From an uncultured Aliarcobacter sp. (lineage in GTDB: Bacteria > Campylobacterota > Campylobacteria > Campylobacterales > Arcobacteraceae), in assembly GCA_963677435.1 (NCBI GenBank), contig OY781945.1, forward strand, positions 1,696,001 to 1,760,000: 64,000 bases of DNA. Reading direction: 5' to 3'. Below, piece by piece: positions 49,705 through 60,079 of the stretch. The first letter of the stretch is position 1, and the number at the start of each line of letters is the position of its first letter. The position numbers were made by a program, and so were the translations under genes. The notes beneath the pieces were generated by a model. It was not told where the DNA came from. It saw only the letters and a list, made by a program, of their open reading frames with translations, and made no database searches.

Positions 49705-50079
49705 ATGGAGTTATTAGTGAAAATAAGAGTCTATTATGAAGATACAGATTGCGGTGGTGTTGTTTATTATGCAAACTATCTAAATTTTTGTGAAAGAGCT
49801 AGGTCTGAGCTTTTTTTTCAAAAGGGTTTATCCCCTCACAAAAATGATGAGTTTTTTGTGGTAAAAAGTGTGCAAGCTGATTATATTAAATCAGCTGTTT
49901 TTGGTGATATTTTGGAAGTTAAAACAAAATTAGTTGAAAGAAAATCAGCTTCAATTGTGATGTATCAAGAAGTTTTTAGAGATGAGAAACTTTTATTTAA
50001 AGCTACAATTAAATTAGCATTTCTTAAGAACTTTAAACCTTCAAAAATTCCTTTAGAGTTTTTTGATATATTCGAATAA
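49705..50079 (+). CDS. ybgC: YbgC/FadM-family acyl-CoA thioesterase
   Basis: RVYYEDTDCGGVVYYANYLNFCERAR. Confidence 0.88.
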   Translation: MELLVKIRVYYEDTDCGGVVYYANYLNFCERARSELFFQKGLSPHKNDEFFVVKSVQADYIKSAVFGDILEVKTKLVERKSASIVMYQEVFRDEKLLFKATIKLAFLKNFKPSKIPLEFFDIFE

Positions 50080-50088
50080 GGAAATAAA

Positions 50089-50553
50089 GTGTTAAAAATA
50101 TTTGTTCTTTCAGTTTTTTTAGTAATTAATTTATTTGCAAATGAGATTTATATTCTTCCAAAACAAAGTGAAGATATTAAAGACAAAATTAGCGAATCAA
50201 TTACAAGTGCAAAACATGAAATATTAATAGCTATGTATAATTTTTCTTATAAAAAGTTTGCAAAGGATTTAGTAGAAGCTTCAAAAAATGGAGTTAAGAT
50301 AACTGTTTTTCTTGATGCAAAAAAAGTAAAAGATGATTCAGAAATTTTTGATTTTCTTAAAAAGAATGACATAAAAGTAATTCTTGTAAAAGATAAAATG
50401 CACTTAAAATTAGCATTAATTGATTCAAAAACTGCAATTTTTGGCAGTATTAATTGGACAAAAGAGTCTTTTGAAGAAAATTATGAATTGGTTTATATAA
50501 GTGAAGATAAAAAAACAATAGCAGAACTTACTACTTTTATAAAAACACTCTAA
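50089..50553 (+). CDS. Secreted single-HKD phospholipase D-family protein (Nuc-like)
   Basis: Signal peptide; HLKLALID...GSINWT...NYE. Confidence 0.82.
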   Translation: MLKIFVLSVFLVINLFANEIYILPKQSEDIKDKISESITSAKHEILIAMYNFSYKKFAKDLVEASKNGVKITVFLDAKKVKDDSEIFDFLKKNDIKVILVKDKMHLKLALIDSKTAIFGSINWTKESFEENYELVYISEDKKTIAELTTFIKTL

Positions 50554-50635
50554 ATTAGGGGTTGATTTTACATATCTTCAAGTATTAAAGTAGTATGATA
50601 ATAACAAAAAATATCATTAAAAAAGGATTATTACC

Positions 50636-51883
50636 TTGTTAGAAATATTTGTTATAGCTTTTTGTTTATATTTTGTATTTAACACATATACATCATTTAT
50701 GCAAATTGGTTACATTAAAAACGCAAAAAATCTAAAACCTATCATTTTAGATTCTTCAAAATATCTTGAAGCTGCAAACTACTCAATAGAAAAAGAAAAA
50801 CTGGCTATTTGTTCATCATTTTATGACTTTATACTTTTTATTTTATGGATTGGCTTTGGTTTATCATTTTTAGATTCATTGGTTCAAATAGACTCTTTTT
50901 GGCTAAAAGCTGTTGTTTTTGTGGATTTGTTTATTATTATAAATTGGATTTTGACTCTTCCTTTTGAACTTTATTCAACATTTAAATTAAATAAAAAATA
51001 TGGTTTTTCAAATATGACACCAGCTTTATTTATAAAAGATACTTTAAAAACTGGAGTTCTGTTTTTAGTTTTTGGATCAATTGTAATTGCTGGAATTTCA
51101 TTTATTATAAATAGTTTTTCAGCTTGGTGGATTTGGGGATTTGCTTTTATTTTTGCTGTTATTATTTTGATAAATATGCTTTATCCTGTAATTAGAGATA
51201 AAATGTTTGATAAATTCGAAAAATTAAAAGATAAAGATTTAGAAGTAAAAATTGAAAATCTTTTAGATGAAGTAGGTTTTAAAAGTAGTGGAGTTTTTTC
51301 TGTAGATGCAAGTAAAAGAGATAATAGATTAAATGCATATTTTGGTGGATTAGGAAGTACAAAAAGAGTAGTTTTATTTGATACATTGATTGAAAAATTA
51401 ACACATAATGAATTATTAGCAGTTCTAGGACATGAATTAGGACACTTTAAAAATGGAGATATTATAAAAAATATCGGAATTATGGGTGTTGTTATGTTTG
51501 TATTTTTTGCAATTTTTGGAAATTTACCAGATAAGCTATTCTTAGGGTTATCTTTGAATAATGAACCTTATGCAATTATTGCAGTGTTTATGATTTTTTC
51601 ACCAATTTTATCATTTTTTCTAATGCCTTTGATTTCTATGATTTCAAGACATAATGAATATGCTGCTGATGAATTTGGTTCAAATTTATCATCAAAAGAG
51701 GATTTAGTAAGTGCTTTGTTAAAATTAGCAAATGAGAATAAATCATTTCCTCTTTCACATCCTATGTATATTTTCTTTTATTACTCTCATCCACCATTGA
51801 TTGAAAGATTTAAAGAGTTAGGTTATGATGTACATGCTATGGATTTAGAAAGTGCTTTAAAAGGAGAATTTAATGTTGAATAG
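50636..51883 (+). CDS. M48 (Ste24-like) metallopeptidase
   Basis: NAYFGG, HELGH, EYAAD and SHPP motifs. Confidence 0.92.
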   Translation: MLEIFVIAFCLYFVFNTYTSFMQIGYIKNAKNLKPIILDSSKYLEAANYSIEKEKLAICSSFYDFILFILWIGFGLSFLDSLVQIDSFWLKAVVFVDLFIIINWILTLPFELYSTFKLNKKYGFSNMTPALFIKDTLKTGVLFLVFGSIVIAGISFIINSFSAWWIWGFAFIFAVIILINMLYPVIRDKMFDKFEKLKDKDLEVKIENLLDEVGFKSSGVFSVDASKRDNRLNAYFGGLGSTKRVVLFDTLIEKLTHNELLAVLGHELGHFKNGDIIKNIGIMGVVMFVFFAIFGNLPDKLFLGLSLNNEPYAIIAVFMIFSPILSFFLMPLISMISRHNEYAADEFGSNLSSKEDLVSALLKLANENKSFPLSHPMYIFFYYSHPPLIERFKELGYDVHAMDLESALKGEFNVE

Positions 51884-53324
51884 TGGAGTTATTGAAGTTA
51901 ATTATTTAACAATAATTATTGCATCAATTGCAATTTTATCAGGTTTATTGATCATATTACAATTTTCAAGACAAAAATATGAAAATCAATTGAAAAATTT
52001 ACAAGATGAAGCTTTATTAAAACTAAAAGCATTAAATGAAAAAATAGAGTTAAATCATAGTTCTTATGAAGGACAAATCAATACTCTTAATACTTCAAAT
52101 AGAAAATTAGAAGAAGAGAAAAAGTTAATAAAAGAGAGTTTAGAAGATAAATTAAAAGTTATCGAAAAACACTCTCATCAAATGATTGATAATGTTACAG
52201 CTACTTATGAACTAAAATTATCAAATTTATCAAAACTCTCTGAGAATAAAGAGAAACAATTAATACGAGAATTTGAAATTAGAGAGTCAAATTTTAATGA
52301 AAAAATCACTCTTTTAGAAGAATCAAAACAACAAATGAAAATAGAGTTTGAAAATCTTGCAAATAAGCTTTTTGATGAAAATCAAAAAAAATCAAATGTA
52401 AACCTAACACAAGTTTTAACTTCATTTAAAGACCAACTTGATTTATTTGGAAAAAGAGTAAATGAGATTTACAATGAAGAGACAATTCAAAGAACAACAT
52501 TATTAACTGAAATTAAAAATTTAAAAGATTTAAATAATCAAATATCTACAGATGCTATAAATTTAACAAAAGCACTTAAAGGTCAAAATAAAACTCAAGG
52601 TGATTGGGGAGAAATGATTTTATCTTCTATCTTAGAGCAAACGGGCTTGAGAGAAGGCAAAGAGTATACAGTTCAAGGTTCATTTAATGATGAAGATGGA
52701 AGACGACTAAAACCTGATGTGATTGTGCATTTACCATCTAAAAAAGATATTATTATTGATTCAAAAGTATCTTTAAATGCTTATTTAGCTTATTGTAAAA
52801 CTGAAGATAAAGCACATAAAGAAAATGCTTGTAAAGATTTGATTAAATCTATAAATGGTCATATTAAAGGATTAAGTTCTAAAAAATATGAAGCTTTAGA
52901 GGGTGTTAGCACTTTAGATTTTGTTTTACTATTTATTCCAATTGAGGGAGCTTTTATATTAGCAACTTCAAATGATGATAGTTTATTCAAAATGGCTTTT
53001 GAACACAATATTATGTTAGTTTCTCCTTCAACTTTATATGTAACTTTACGAACTATTGAAAATATTTGGAGAAATGAACATCAAAATGAAAATGCTCAAT
53101 TAATCTCTAAAAAAGCAGCTGATTTATATGATAAATTTGCAGGTTTTGTAGCAGATATTGAAGATATTGGTCTAAATCTAAATAGAACTCAAAAATCATA
53201 TGATAGTGCAATGAATAAATTAAGCACTGGAAATGCAAATTTAATCAAAAGAGCTGAAGAGTTTATCGATCTTGGTGTTAAACCAAAAAAATCAATTACA
53301 ACAAAAACTTTGATTGAGGAATAA
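51873..53324 (+). CDS. rmuC: DNA recombination protein RmuC
   Basis: Coiled coil; QGDWGE, PDVIVHLP, IDSK and VSPSTL motifs. Confidence 0.92.
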   Translation: MLNSGVIEVNYLTIIIASIAILSGLLIILQFSRQKYENQLKNLQDEALLKLKALNEKIELNHSSYEGQINTLNTSNRKLEEEKKLIKESLEDKLKVIEKHSHQMIDNVTATYELKLSNLSKLSENKEKQLIREFEIRESNFNEKITLLEESKQQMKIEFENLANKLFDENQKKSNVNLTQVLTSFKDQLDLFGKRVNEIYNEETIQRTTLLTEIKNLKDLNNQISTDAINLTKALKGQNKTQGDWGEMILSSILEQTGLREGKEYTVQGSFNDEDGRRLKPDVIVHLPSKKDIIIDSKVSLNAYLAYCKTEDKAHKENACKDLIKSINGHIKGLSSKKYEALEGVSTLDFVLLFIPIEGAFILATSNDDSLFKMAFEHNIMLVSPSTLYVTLRTIENIWRNEHQNENAQLISKKAADLYDKFAGFVADIEDIGLNLNRTQKSYDSAMNKLSTGNANLIKRAEEFIDLGVKPKKSITTKTLIEE

Positions 53325-54362
53325 ATGGAAAAGTTTGAACTCTTAGTAAATAACTTTTTACTACTTTTAGATGCAATGTCAATTTATTTATTGGTTGGAT
53401 TGTTATTGGCTGGGATTTTAAAACAATTAGTTCCTGATGATTTTATTTCAAAACATTTAGGAAAAAGCTCTATTGGTTCAGTTATAAAAGCTACACTTTT
53501 TGGAATACCACTTCCTGTTTGCTCATGTTCAGTTATTCCACTAGCTCAAAGTTTGAGAAAAGAGGGTGCAAGTAAAGGTGCTGTTCAGAGTTTTTTAATT
53601 TCAACTCCAATTACTGGTGTTGATTCTATTTTAGCAACATTTTCATTTTTTGGATTAATTTTTACTATTTTTAGAGTTGTTTCATCTGTAATAATTGCCA
53701 TTATTGTGGGTTTAATTCAAAATTTTGTAGAAAAAGACGATAATAAGATAGAAGAAATTAAAGAAGAATCATCTTGCTCTTGTCATTGTTCTTGCAGTTC
53801 AGAAAAAGTAGAGAAAAAATCTTTTTCAATAAAAGAAGTTTTAACATATGCTTATATAACTTTAGCAAAAGATATGGTAAAACCTCTATTTATGGGACTT
53901 ATTTTAGGTTCTGTTTTTACTACTTTTGTTCCCAAAGAGTATAGTTCTTTACTATTTGAAAATCAGCTTTTAACATATATTGTAATTATTTTGTTTTCTA
54001 TGCCTTTATATGTTTGTGCGACAGCTTCATTACCTCTTGCTGCTGCTTTAATGTTAAGTGGAATGAGTGGTGGAGCTGCATTTATTTTCCTTACAGCAGG
54101 ACCTGCAACAAGTGCTGTTACTATGAGTGTGGTGTATAAACTTCTAGGAAGAACTTCTTTAGTTATATATATTACAACTATTGCCTTATTATCACTATTA
54201 TTTGGATTTTTATTTGATATGTATTTCTCAAATTTAAATATTTTGAATTTTAATACAGTTAATGAAGAGAGTTCAGTTTTAACTCAAATTGCGACATTAA
54301 TTTTACTTCTTTTAACTACTTATCATTTAATTAAATCAAAACAAGCAGTAAATATAAAATAA
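53325..54362 (+). CDS. DUF318/ArsP-like permease (SO_0444-type metal efflux)
   Basis: PVCSCSVIP and YVCATAS motifs; central CSCHCSC loop. Confidence 0.82.
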   Translation: MEKFELLVNNFLLLLDAMSIYLLVGLLLAGILKQLVPDDFISKHLGKSSIGSVIKATLFGIPLPVCSCSVIPLAQSLRKEGASKGAVQSFLISTPITGVDSILATFSFFGLIFTIFRVVSSVIIAIIVGLIQNFVEKDDNKIEEIKEESSCSCHCSCSSEKVEKKSFSIKEVLTYAYITLAKDMVKPLFMGLILGSVFTTFVPKEYSSLLFENQLLTYIVIILFSMPLYVCATASLPLAAALMLSGMSGGAAFIFLTAGPATSAVTMSVVYKLLGRTSLVIYITTIALLSLLFGFLFDMYFSNLNILNFNTVNEESSVLTQIATLILLLLTTYHLIKSKQAVNIK

Positions 54363-54374
54363 AAGAGAACTCTT

Positions 54375-55595
54375 TTATTTTATATTGTTTAATAGTAAAA
54401 TATCTACTAAATCTCCAGCCTTTAGACTTTGATCATCATCTTTTTGTATTAAAAGAGCAGGACTTTCTAACATATTTGTTAAAATTGCACTTGTACCTTC
54501 TCTTTTACCCTCAAAATTTATATGATATTTTCCCTCTTTATATTCTACATTACAAGCTGTAAAAATTGTTTTATCCATTTTCTTTGGAAAGTCTTGATTT
54601 ATAACTGCTTTTACAATTGGAAGAGACTCATTTGAATTTCTAAATTTAAAAATTAATGGTAACACATATAAAATTGCACATACAGTTGAAGAGTAAGCAA
54701 ATCCAGGAAGAGCAATAATAATTTTTCCATCTTTTATTGCTGCTAATAAGTGCATACCTGGTTTTATATTAACCCCATGAAATAAAACATCAGCTTTTAA
54801 TTTATCTTTTATTACATCTTGAACAAAATCATAATCCCCAACAGAAACTCCACCTGTTGTTATAATAACATCAGCTTTTAACAAAGCAGTTTCAAGTAGA
54901 TTTGTAATAGAATCTATATCATCTTTTACTATTCCCATTTGAATAATATTTGCACCATTACTTTTAAATAAAGATTCTAATGTTAGATGATTTGAGCTTC
55001 TAATTTGAGAATCATTTGTTTGAATTTCACCTAAATCTAAAATCTCACTTCCAGTGCTTGCAATTGCAATTGTAGGATTACAAACTATTTCAACTTGTGA
55101 GATATTTAATGAGGCTAAAACTCCAATTTCTGCAAAGCCAATAACTGTTCCTTTTTTGATTAGAACTTCGTTTTTTTTGTAATTTTCACCAATATTCCTA
55201 ACGGCAAATCCAAAAGGAACAGTTTTGATTATTTTTATTGTATCTTGAAAAATTTCTACGTTTTCAATAGGAACTAAAGTATCACTTCCTTTTGGCATTA
55301 AAGAACCAGTAAAAGTTTTGATGCAAGTGTTAGATGTAACTTCTGCTTCAATAATACTTCCAGCAGGATTTTTTGCAATAATTTTAATGTGTTTATTTTC
55401 TATATCTTCAAATTTAATTGCATAACCATCCATTGCTGATGTTGGAAATTCTGGGCTATTATGATTCGCAATTATATCTTTTGATATAACTTTCCCAATT
55501 GCATTTGTTATAAAAAGTTTTTCAGTTGTTATTTTTGAAATATTTATATTATTTAATATAATAATAGATTCATCATAACTTATGAAATTTCGCAT
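54375..55595 (-). CDS. moeA: Molybdopterin molybdotransferase
   Basis: SAMDGYA, STGSE, TTGGVSVGDYD and KPG motifs. Confidence 0.92.
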   Translation of the reverse strand: MRNFISYDESIIILNNINISKITTEKLFITNAIGKVISKDIIANHNSPEFPTSAMDGYAIKFEDIENKHIKIIAKNPAGSIIEAEVTSNTCIKTFTGSLMPKGSDTLVPIENVEIFQDTIKIIKTVPFGFAVRNIGENYKKNEVLIKKGTVIGFAEIGVLASLNISQVEIVCNPTIAIASTGSEILDLGEIQTNDSQIRSSNHLTLESLFKSNGANIIQMGIVKDDIDSITNLLETALLKADVIITTGGVSVGDYDFVQDVIKDKLKADVLFHGVNIKPGMHLLAAIKDGKIIIALPGFAYSSTVCAILYVLPLIFKFRNSNESLPIVKAVINQDFPKKMDKTIFTACNVEYKEGKYHINFEGKREGTSAILTNMLESPALLIQKDDDQSLKAGDLVDILLLNNIK

Positions 55596-55648
55596 AAGTA
55601 TCCTTTGTATATTTTATTGTTAAAAATTTAGGTGTTTTTTAGGATAGA

Positions 55649-55855
55649 TTAAAAGAAACTTCTTCTTATTCTATTATTTTTTTGAACTATAATTTGTTCA
55701 AAAAGCATTGCTCCAAAACCAGCTTGAATATTCTCATTCTCTTTTTCAACCGACATAATAATATTTCTAATTTGATCTTCAGTCATATTCATAGCTAATG
55801 GCAAAATTGTATCAGTGATTTTTTGTCTAAGTTCTTTTTCTTCTTCTATTGTCAT
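55649..55855 (-). CDS. Small hypothetical protein
   Basis: 68-aa ORF filling the gap upstream of moeA. Confidence 0.55.
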   Translation of the reverse strand: MTIEEEKELRQKITDTILPLAMNMTEDQIRNIIMSVEKENENIQAGFGAMLFEQIIVQKNNRIRRSFF

Positions 55856-55992
55856 TTCAAATCTTTTTTTAATATTTATGAAATTATATAGTATTTATCT
55901 AAAAATAGAGTAAAAACAATATTATGTATAATTGTTAACCAATATATTAAAAAAGCTTAGATATTATTGTGAAATAATTTTAAAGGATTTTT

Positions 55993-56409
55993 ATGGAAAT
56001 AAAAATTGCTTCAGAAGAAGAAATAAAGTATTGTTACACATTAATGCATCAAATCAGGGAGGATTTATCTGAAAAAGATTTTTTGCTAATGATTGCTGAA
56101 CAGATAAAAAATGGCTATCAAGTTGTTTATGTTACAGAAAATAACCAAATAATTTGTGTTGTAGGTTTTAATATTTTACATAAATTATCTTGGGGAAAAT
56201 ATCTTTATATTGAAGATTTTGTCACAGATAAAAGTACTCAATATTTTGGTGCAGCAAAAGCACTTTTTGATTTTATAAAAATTTATGCTAAACAGCAAAA
56301 TTGTAAATCTATACATCTTGACTCTTCTGTTACAAGACAAGAAGCTCATAAGTTTTATTTGAGTCAAAATATGCAAATTGATTCTCATCATTTTAGTATA
56401 AAAATATAA
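55993..56409 (+). CDS. GNAT acetyltransferase
   Basis: LYIEDFVT, IHLDS and AHKFY motifs. Confidence 0.85.
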   Translation: MEIKIASEEEIKYCYTLMHQIREDLSEKDFLLMIAEQIKNGYQVVYVTENNQIICVVGFNILHKLSWGKYLYIEDFVTDKSTQYFGAAKALFDFIKIYAKQQNCKSIHLDSSVTRQEAHKFYLSQNMQIDSHHFSIKI

Positions 56410-56480
56410 ATACAAAAAATATCAAAAAGCTTTTGAGAACTTTTTTGATATAATCAGAAAAAAATTATAGGAATAATATA

Positions 56481-57269
56481 TTGGTTGAATTAAGTAAAAA
56501 AATTTCTACAATAGTTGGTAAAACTAATGCAGAATATGGATTAATAAAAGAAGGTGATAGAATCTTAGTGGGTTTTTCAGGTGGAAAAGACTCTTTAACA
56601 TTAATTCATGCCCTAAATAGAATAAAAAAAGTAGCCCCATACAATTTTGAATTTAAAGCAGTAACAGTAACTTATGGAATGGGGGAACAAGTAGAATTTT
56701 TAAGTAATCACTGCAAAGAACATGGAATTGACCATGAAATTATTGATACTCAAATTTTTGAACTTGCAGGGGAAAAGATTAGAAAGAATTCATCTTTTTG
56801 TTCATTTTTCTCAAGAATGAGAAGAGGATATTTATACTCAACTGCACAAGAACAAGGATTTAATAAAGTAGCTCTCGGACATCATTTAGATGATGCAATG
56901 GAATCATTTTTTATGAACTTCTTTTACAATGGAACTATGCGTTCTATGCCTCCAAAATACAAAGCAGAAAATGGTTTAGAAGTGATAAGACCACTTATTT
57001 TTTGTAGAGAGAGACAATTAAGAGCATTTGCAACTACAAATGAAATAAATGTTATTGGTGATGAAGCTTGTCCAGGTTTGAGATTTGATGTAAAAATGCC
57101 CCATGCAAGAGCAACTACAAAAGAGTTACTTGCAAAATTAGAAGCTGAAAATCCTCAAATATTTGTATCTATGAAAGCAGCTTTTAGTAATATTCAATTA
57201 TCAACTTTCTTTTATAAAAATGATATAGAAAATGGTGAAAACTTAATAGAGGAAGAAGATATTATATGA
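56481..57269 (+). CDS. ttcA: tRNA 2-thiocytidine synthetase family PP-loop ATPase
   Basis: SGGKDS, CSFFSRMRRG, ALGHHLDD and IRPL motifs. Confidence 0.85.
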   Translation: MVELSKKISTIVGKTNAEYGLIKEGDRILVGFSGGKDSLTLIHALNRIKKVAPYNFEFKAVTVTYGMGEQVEFLSNHCKEHGIDHEIIDTQIFELAGEKIRKNSSFCSFFSRMRRGYLYSTAQEQGFNKVALGHHLDDAMESFFMNFFYNGTMRSMPPKYKAENGLEVIRPLIFCRERQLRAFATTNEINVIGDEACPGLRFDVKMPHARATTKELLAKLEAENPQIFVSMKAAFSNIQLSTFFYKNDIENGENLIEEEDII

Positions 57270-57760
57270 AAATATTAATATCTTCTTGTTTATTAGGAGA
57301 AGATGTTAGGTACGATGGAGCTAATTCATCTATCGCATTTAATCCAAAATTCCCATTTTCTTCAAAAGAATTATTCATGGATATTCTTTGTGGAAATGAA
57401 ATTTATTCTTTTTGTCCAGAAGTTGCAGGTGGCTTAGGAATTCCTAGAAATCCAGCTGAAATTATTAATAGTGATAAGCCTTTTATTGTAAAAGATGAAA
57501 AGGGAACAGATGTTACAATCAACTTTTTATTAGGTGCAAAAAAAGCTCTTGATATTTGTAAAGAAGAGAATATTAAAGTTGCGTTATTAAAATCAAACTC
57601 TCCATCTTGTGGAAATATAAAAATATATGATGGAACTTTTTCTAATAATTTAGTAGATGGTCAAGGTTTAACAGCAAGACTTTTAAAAGATAATGATATA
57701 GAAGTTTTTAATGAGGGGCAATTAAAAGAGTTATCAAAATTTATAAAAACCAATAAATAG
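57266..57760 (+). CDS. DUF523 / 2-thiouracil desulfidase (TudS-like)
   Basis: SCLLG..VRYDG, CPEVAGGLGIPR and SPSCG motifs. Confidence 0.85.
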   Translation: MKILISSCLLGEDVRYDGANSSIAFNPKFPFSSKELFMDILCGNEIYSFCPEVAGGLGIPRNPAEIINSDKPFIVKDEKGTDVTINFLLGAKKALDICKEENIKVALLKSNSPSCGNIKIYDGTFSNNLVDGQGLTARLLKDNDIEVFNEGQLKELSKFIKTNK

Positions 57761-57782
57761 TTTTTATAAATTTCTTTTATAT

Positions 57783-58022
57783 TTAGGCTTTTATATTTAA
57801 AAGCATATCCGAAACAGCATTTTGTGTTTGTATATTTTGTGCATTTGCTTGATATGAAACAACCTCTGGAATTTGTCCAATGATTGAATTTATTAAATCA
57901 GCACTTACTTCTTGAAATTCAGGATCACCAATTGCATCTGCAACTTGTGCAATATTTGATGCCATTTGATTTAATTGAAGTTCAGATGAATTCATTGAAT
58001 TTAAATTATTACTAATTGTCAT
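57783..58022 (-). CDS. Minimal flagellar rod/hook-like protein (terminal helices only)
   Basis: LNQMASNIA and SYQANAQNIQTQ...LLNIKA resemble the N- and C-terminal motifs of axial rod/hook proteins. Confidence 0.6.
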   Translation of the reverse strand: MTISNNLNSMNSSELQLNQMASNIAQVADAIGDPEFQEVSADLINSIIGQIPEVVSYQANAQNIQTQNAVSDMLLNIKA

Positions 58023-58032
58023 TATTTACTCC

Positions 58033-58305
58033 TTAGATTAAATTTTGCAAAAAAAGCTTGTTTAAATTACCATTTCTTGTTAATTCTTCTTTTGCATTGT
58101 CTAAATTTGGATTTGAAGAAGTCATATTTTCTATTTTTTTTGATTCTTCATCTCTTTGTTCATTTTTATTATTTGAGCTCTCAACCATATCATTTTTTTC
58201 AAATGTAGATTTATTATTTTTATCAATTGAAGTCTGTTGAGATTTTTCATTTGATAATTGTTGATAAATTGTACTTGAACTTTGGTTGTAAGCATTTAAT
58301 TGCAT
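58033..58305 (-). CDS. Small polar hypothetical protein
   Basis: AGGA RBS before ATG 58305; 90 aa. Confidence 0.55.
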   Translation of the reverse strand: MQLNAYNQSSSTIYQQLSNEKSQQTSIDKNNKSTFEKNDMVESSNNKNEQRDEESKKIENMTSSNPNLDNAKEELTRNGNLNKLFLQNLI

Positions 58306-58407
58306 ATTTTTCCTAATGTTTTTATACTTAAATTGTAACAAAAAATTGTAGAAAAGTAAATTAAGTATTTTACTAGATTTAAATATATTTTTTGATAGTA
58401 TAATAAC

Positions 58408-59517
58408 ATGATAAGTAATTTTTTAAAATCAACTACAGTTAAATTAATAATTTTAGTATGTACCGTTCTAACAACATTAATTTTTTCTTCTATCTTATTC
58501 AATACACAAATAGATAATTTGAAAAAACAGGTTGATAACATATATTTCGGAAATCTAATACCTATTGTCAAACTTCAAATTATTTCAGATAATTATAAAG
58601 AAATAATATCGTGTAGAACACTAAAATATATATGTGATATAAAAAAAGAACAATCAATAATTGAAGAAGAATGGAAGTATTATAATGAGTCCTACAAAAA
58701 TAATGAAGAACGAATTGTAACAGATACAATTAATAGCGAAATTGTAAATGCTTTTAAAGAAAATAAACTTCACTTTTTTAAAGAAGTATTAAATAAAATT
58801 AATTTTTTAATTCAATATGAAACACAAGTAGCTTTTAAAGAGAGAAAAAAATTTGTAGAAGATTATGATAATATGAAAAAATATCTATTTTATAGTATTG
58901 TAATAGTTCTTCTTATCTCATTTATTGTTATTGTATATATTATTTATCAAGTAATTAAAAAAGATAAACAATTAACAGTCTTAAATAAAAAATATAAAAT
59001 CGATTCCATAACTGATTCTATGACAAAACTATATAATAGAAAGTATTTTGATACCATTTTTGATAATATGCCATTTATTGCAAATGCAAATAATTGGAAA
59101 TGTGCATTTATTATGTTTGATATTGATTATTTTAAACAATATAATGATACTTATGGACATGACCAAGGAGATGTTACATTAAAAAAAGTTGCTTCTACTT
59201 TAAAAGAATATTTTGATAAGAAATATGAATTTGTTTTTAGATTAGGTGGAGAAGAGTTTGGAGTAGTTTTATTTGATATTGATGAAAATAGCTTAGAAAA
59301 TTGCCTAAAAGACATAAATTATAAGATTTTAGAACTAGAAATTGAGCATAAAAATAGTAAAATACTCAACATCGTTTCTATTTCAATGGGAGCTATTATA
59401 TATGAGCCACATACTTATATATCGGCTAACAAACTTTATAAACAAGCAGATGAGAGCTTATATAAAGCAAAAGAAAATGGACGAAATCAATATCATATAT
59501 ACAAAGGGAAAGAATGA
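58408..59517 (+). CDS. Membrane-bound diguanylate cyclase with a four-helix-type periplasmic sensor
   Basis: Two TM segments; DIDYFKQYNDTYGH and RLGGEEF motifs. Confidence 0.9.
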   Translation: MISNFLKSTTVKLIILVCTVLTTLIFSSILFNTQIDNLKKQVDNIYFGNLIPIVKLQIISDNYKEIISCRTLKYICDIKKEQSIIEEEWKYYNESYKNNEERIVTDTINSEIVNAFKENKLHFFKEVLNKINFLIQYETQVAFKERKKFVEDYDNMKKYLFYSIVIVLLISFIVIVYIIYQVIKKDKQLTVLNKKYKIDSITDSMTKLYNRKYFDTIFDNMPFIANANNWKCAFIMFDIDYFKQYNDTYGHDQGDVTLKKVASTLKEYFDKKYEFVFRLGGEEFGVVLFDIDENSLENCLKDINYKILELEIEHKNSKILNIVSISMGAIIYEPHTYISANKLYKQADESLYKAKENGRNQYHIYKGKE

Positions 59518-60071
59518 CTTTTTTGTTTAATAAAAACAATCATTTCAATTTAGCTAATATCGTAACTTTTTTTAATATTGCATCTGGTATTTTTGCAATT
59601 TATTTTTTAACTCACCATGAGTTTTTCGCTGCAGCACTTTTTGCTTGGCTTGCAGGTGGATTTGATATAGTTGATGGGAAAATTGCTAGAAAATATAATT
59701 TATCAACACAATTTGGAATTCAACTTGATTCTTTTGCAGATTTTTTATCATTTGTTATAGTTCCAACAATGTTTATATTTTTTGCAGTTATTGATACTAA
59801 AGAGCCATTTATGAATATGCCTTTAGTTATATTTGCTTTTGTTTATTATGTAATTTCAGGGCTTAGAAGATTAATTCAATTTAATATAAATGCAGATGAG
59901 GGAAAAGTTGAAAAATTCTTTACAGGTATTCCAACTCCTTTAGGAGCAATTTTACTGTGGCTTGTGTATTTGATTTTTTTAACAGGTTTTATTTCAGAGA
60001 CTTTTGTTTTATTTATGATGATAATAATTGGATATTTATTAAACTCAAAAATTAAAATCCCTCATTTATAA
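59514..60071 (+). CDS. CDP-alcohol phosphatidyltransferase (PssA-like)
   Basis: DIVDGKIAR...GIQLDSFAD and FTGIPTP motifs. Confidence 0.85.
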   Translation: MTFLFNKNNHFNLANIVTFFNIASGIFAIYFLTHHEFFAAALFAWLAGGFDIVDGKIARKYNLSTQFGIQLDSFADFLSFVIVPTMFIFFAVIDTKEPFMNMPLVIFAFVYYVISGLRRLIQFNINADEGKVEKFFTGIPTPLGAILLWLVYLIFLTGFISETFVLFMMIIIGYLLNSKIKIPHL

Positions 60072-60079
60072 GTTTTTTA

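Noticed and set aside
50089..53324. PLD nuclease plus RmuC as an anti-phage system
   Set aside because: The PLD protein has a signal peptide and the neighbourhood is housekeeping (ybgC, M48 peptidase); no helicase or methylase partner is present.
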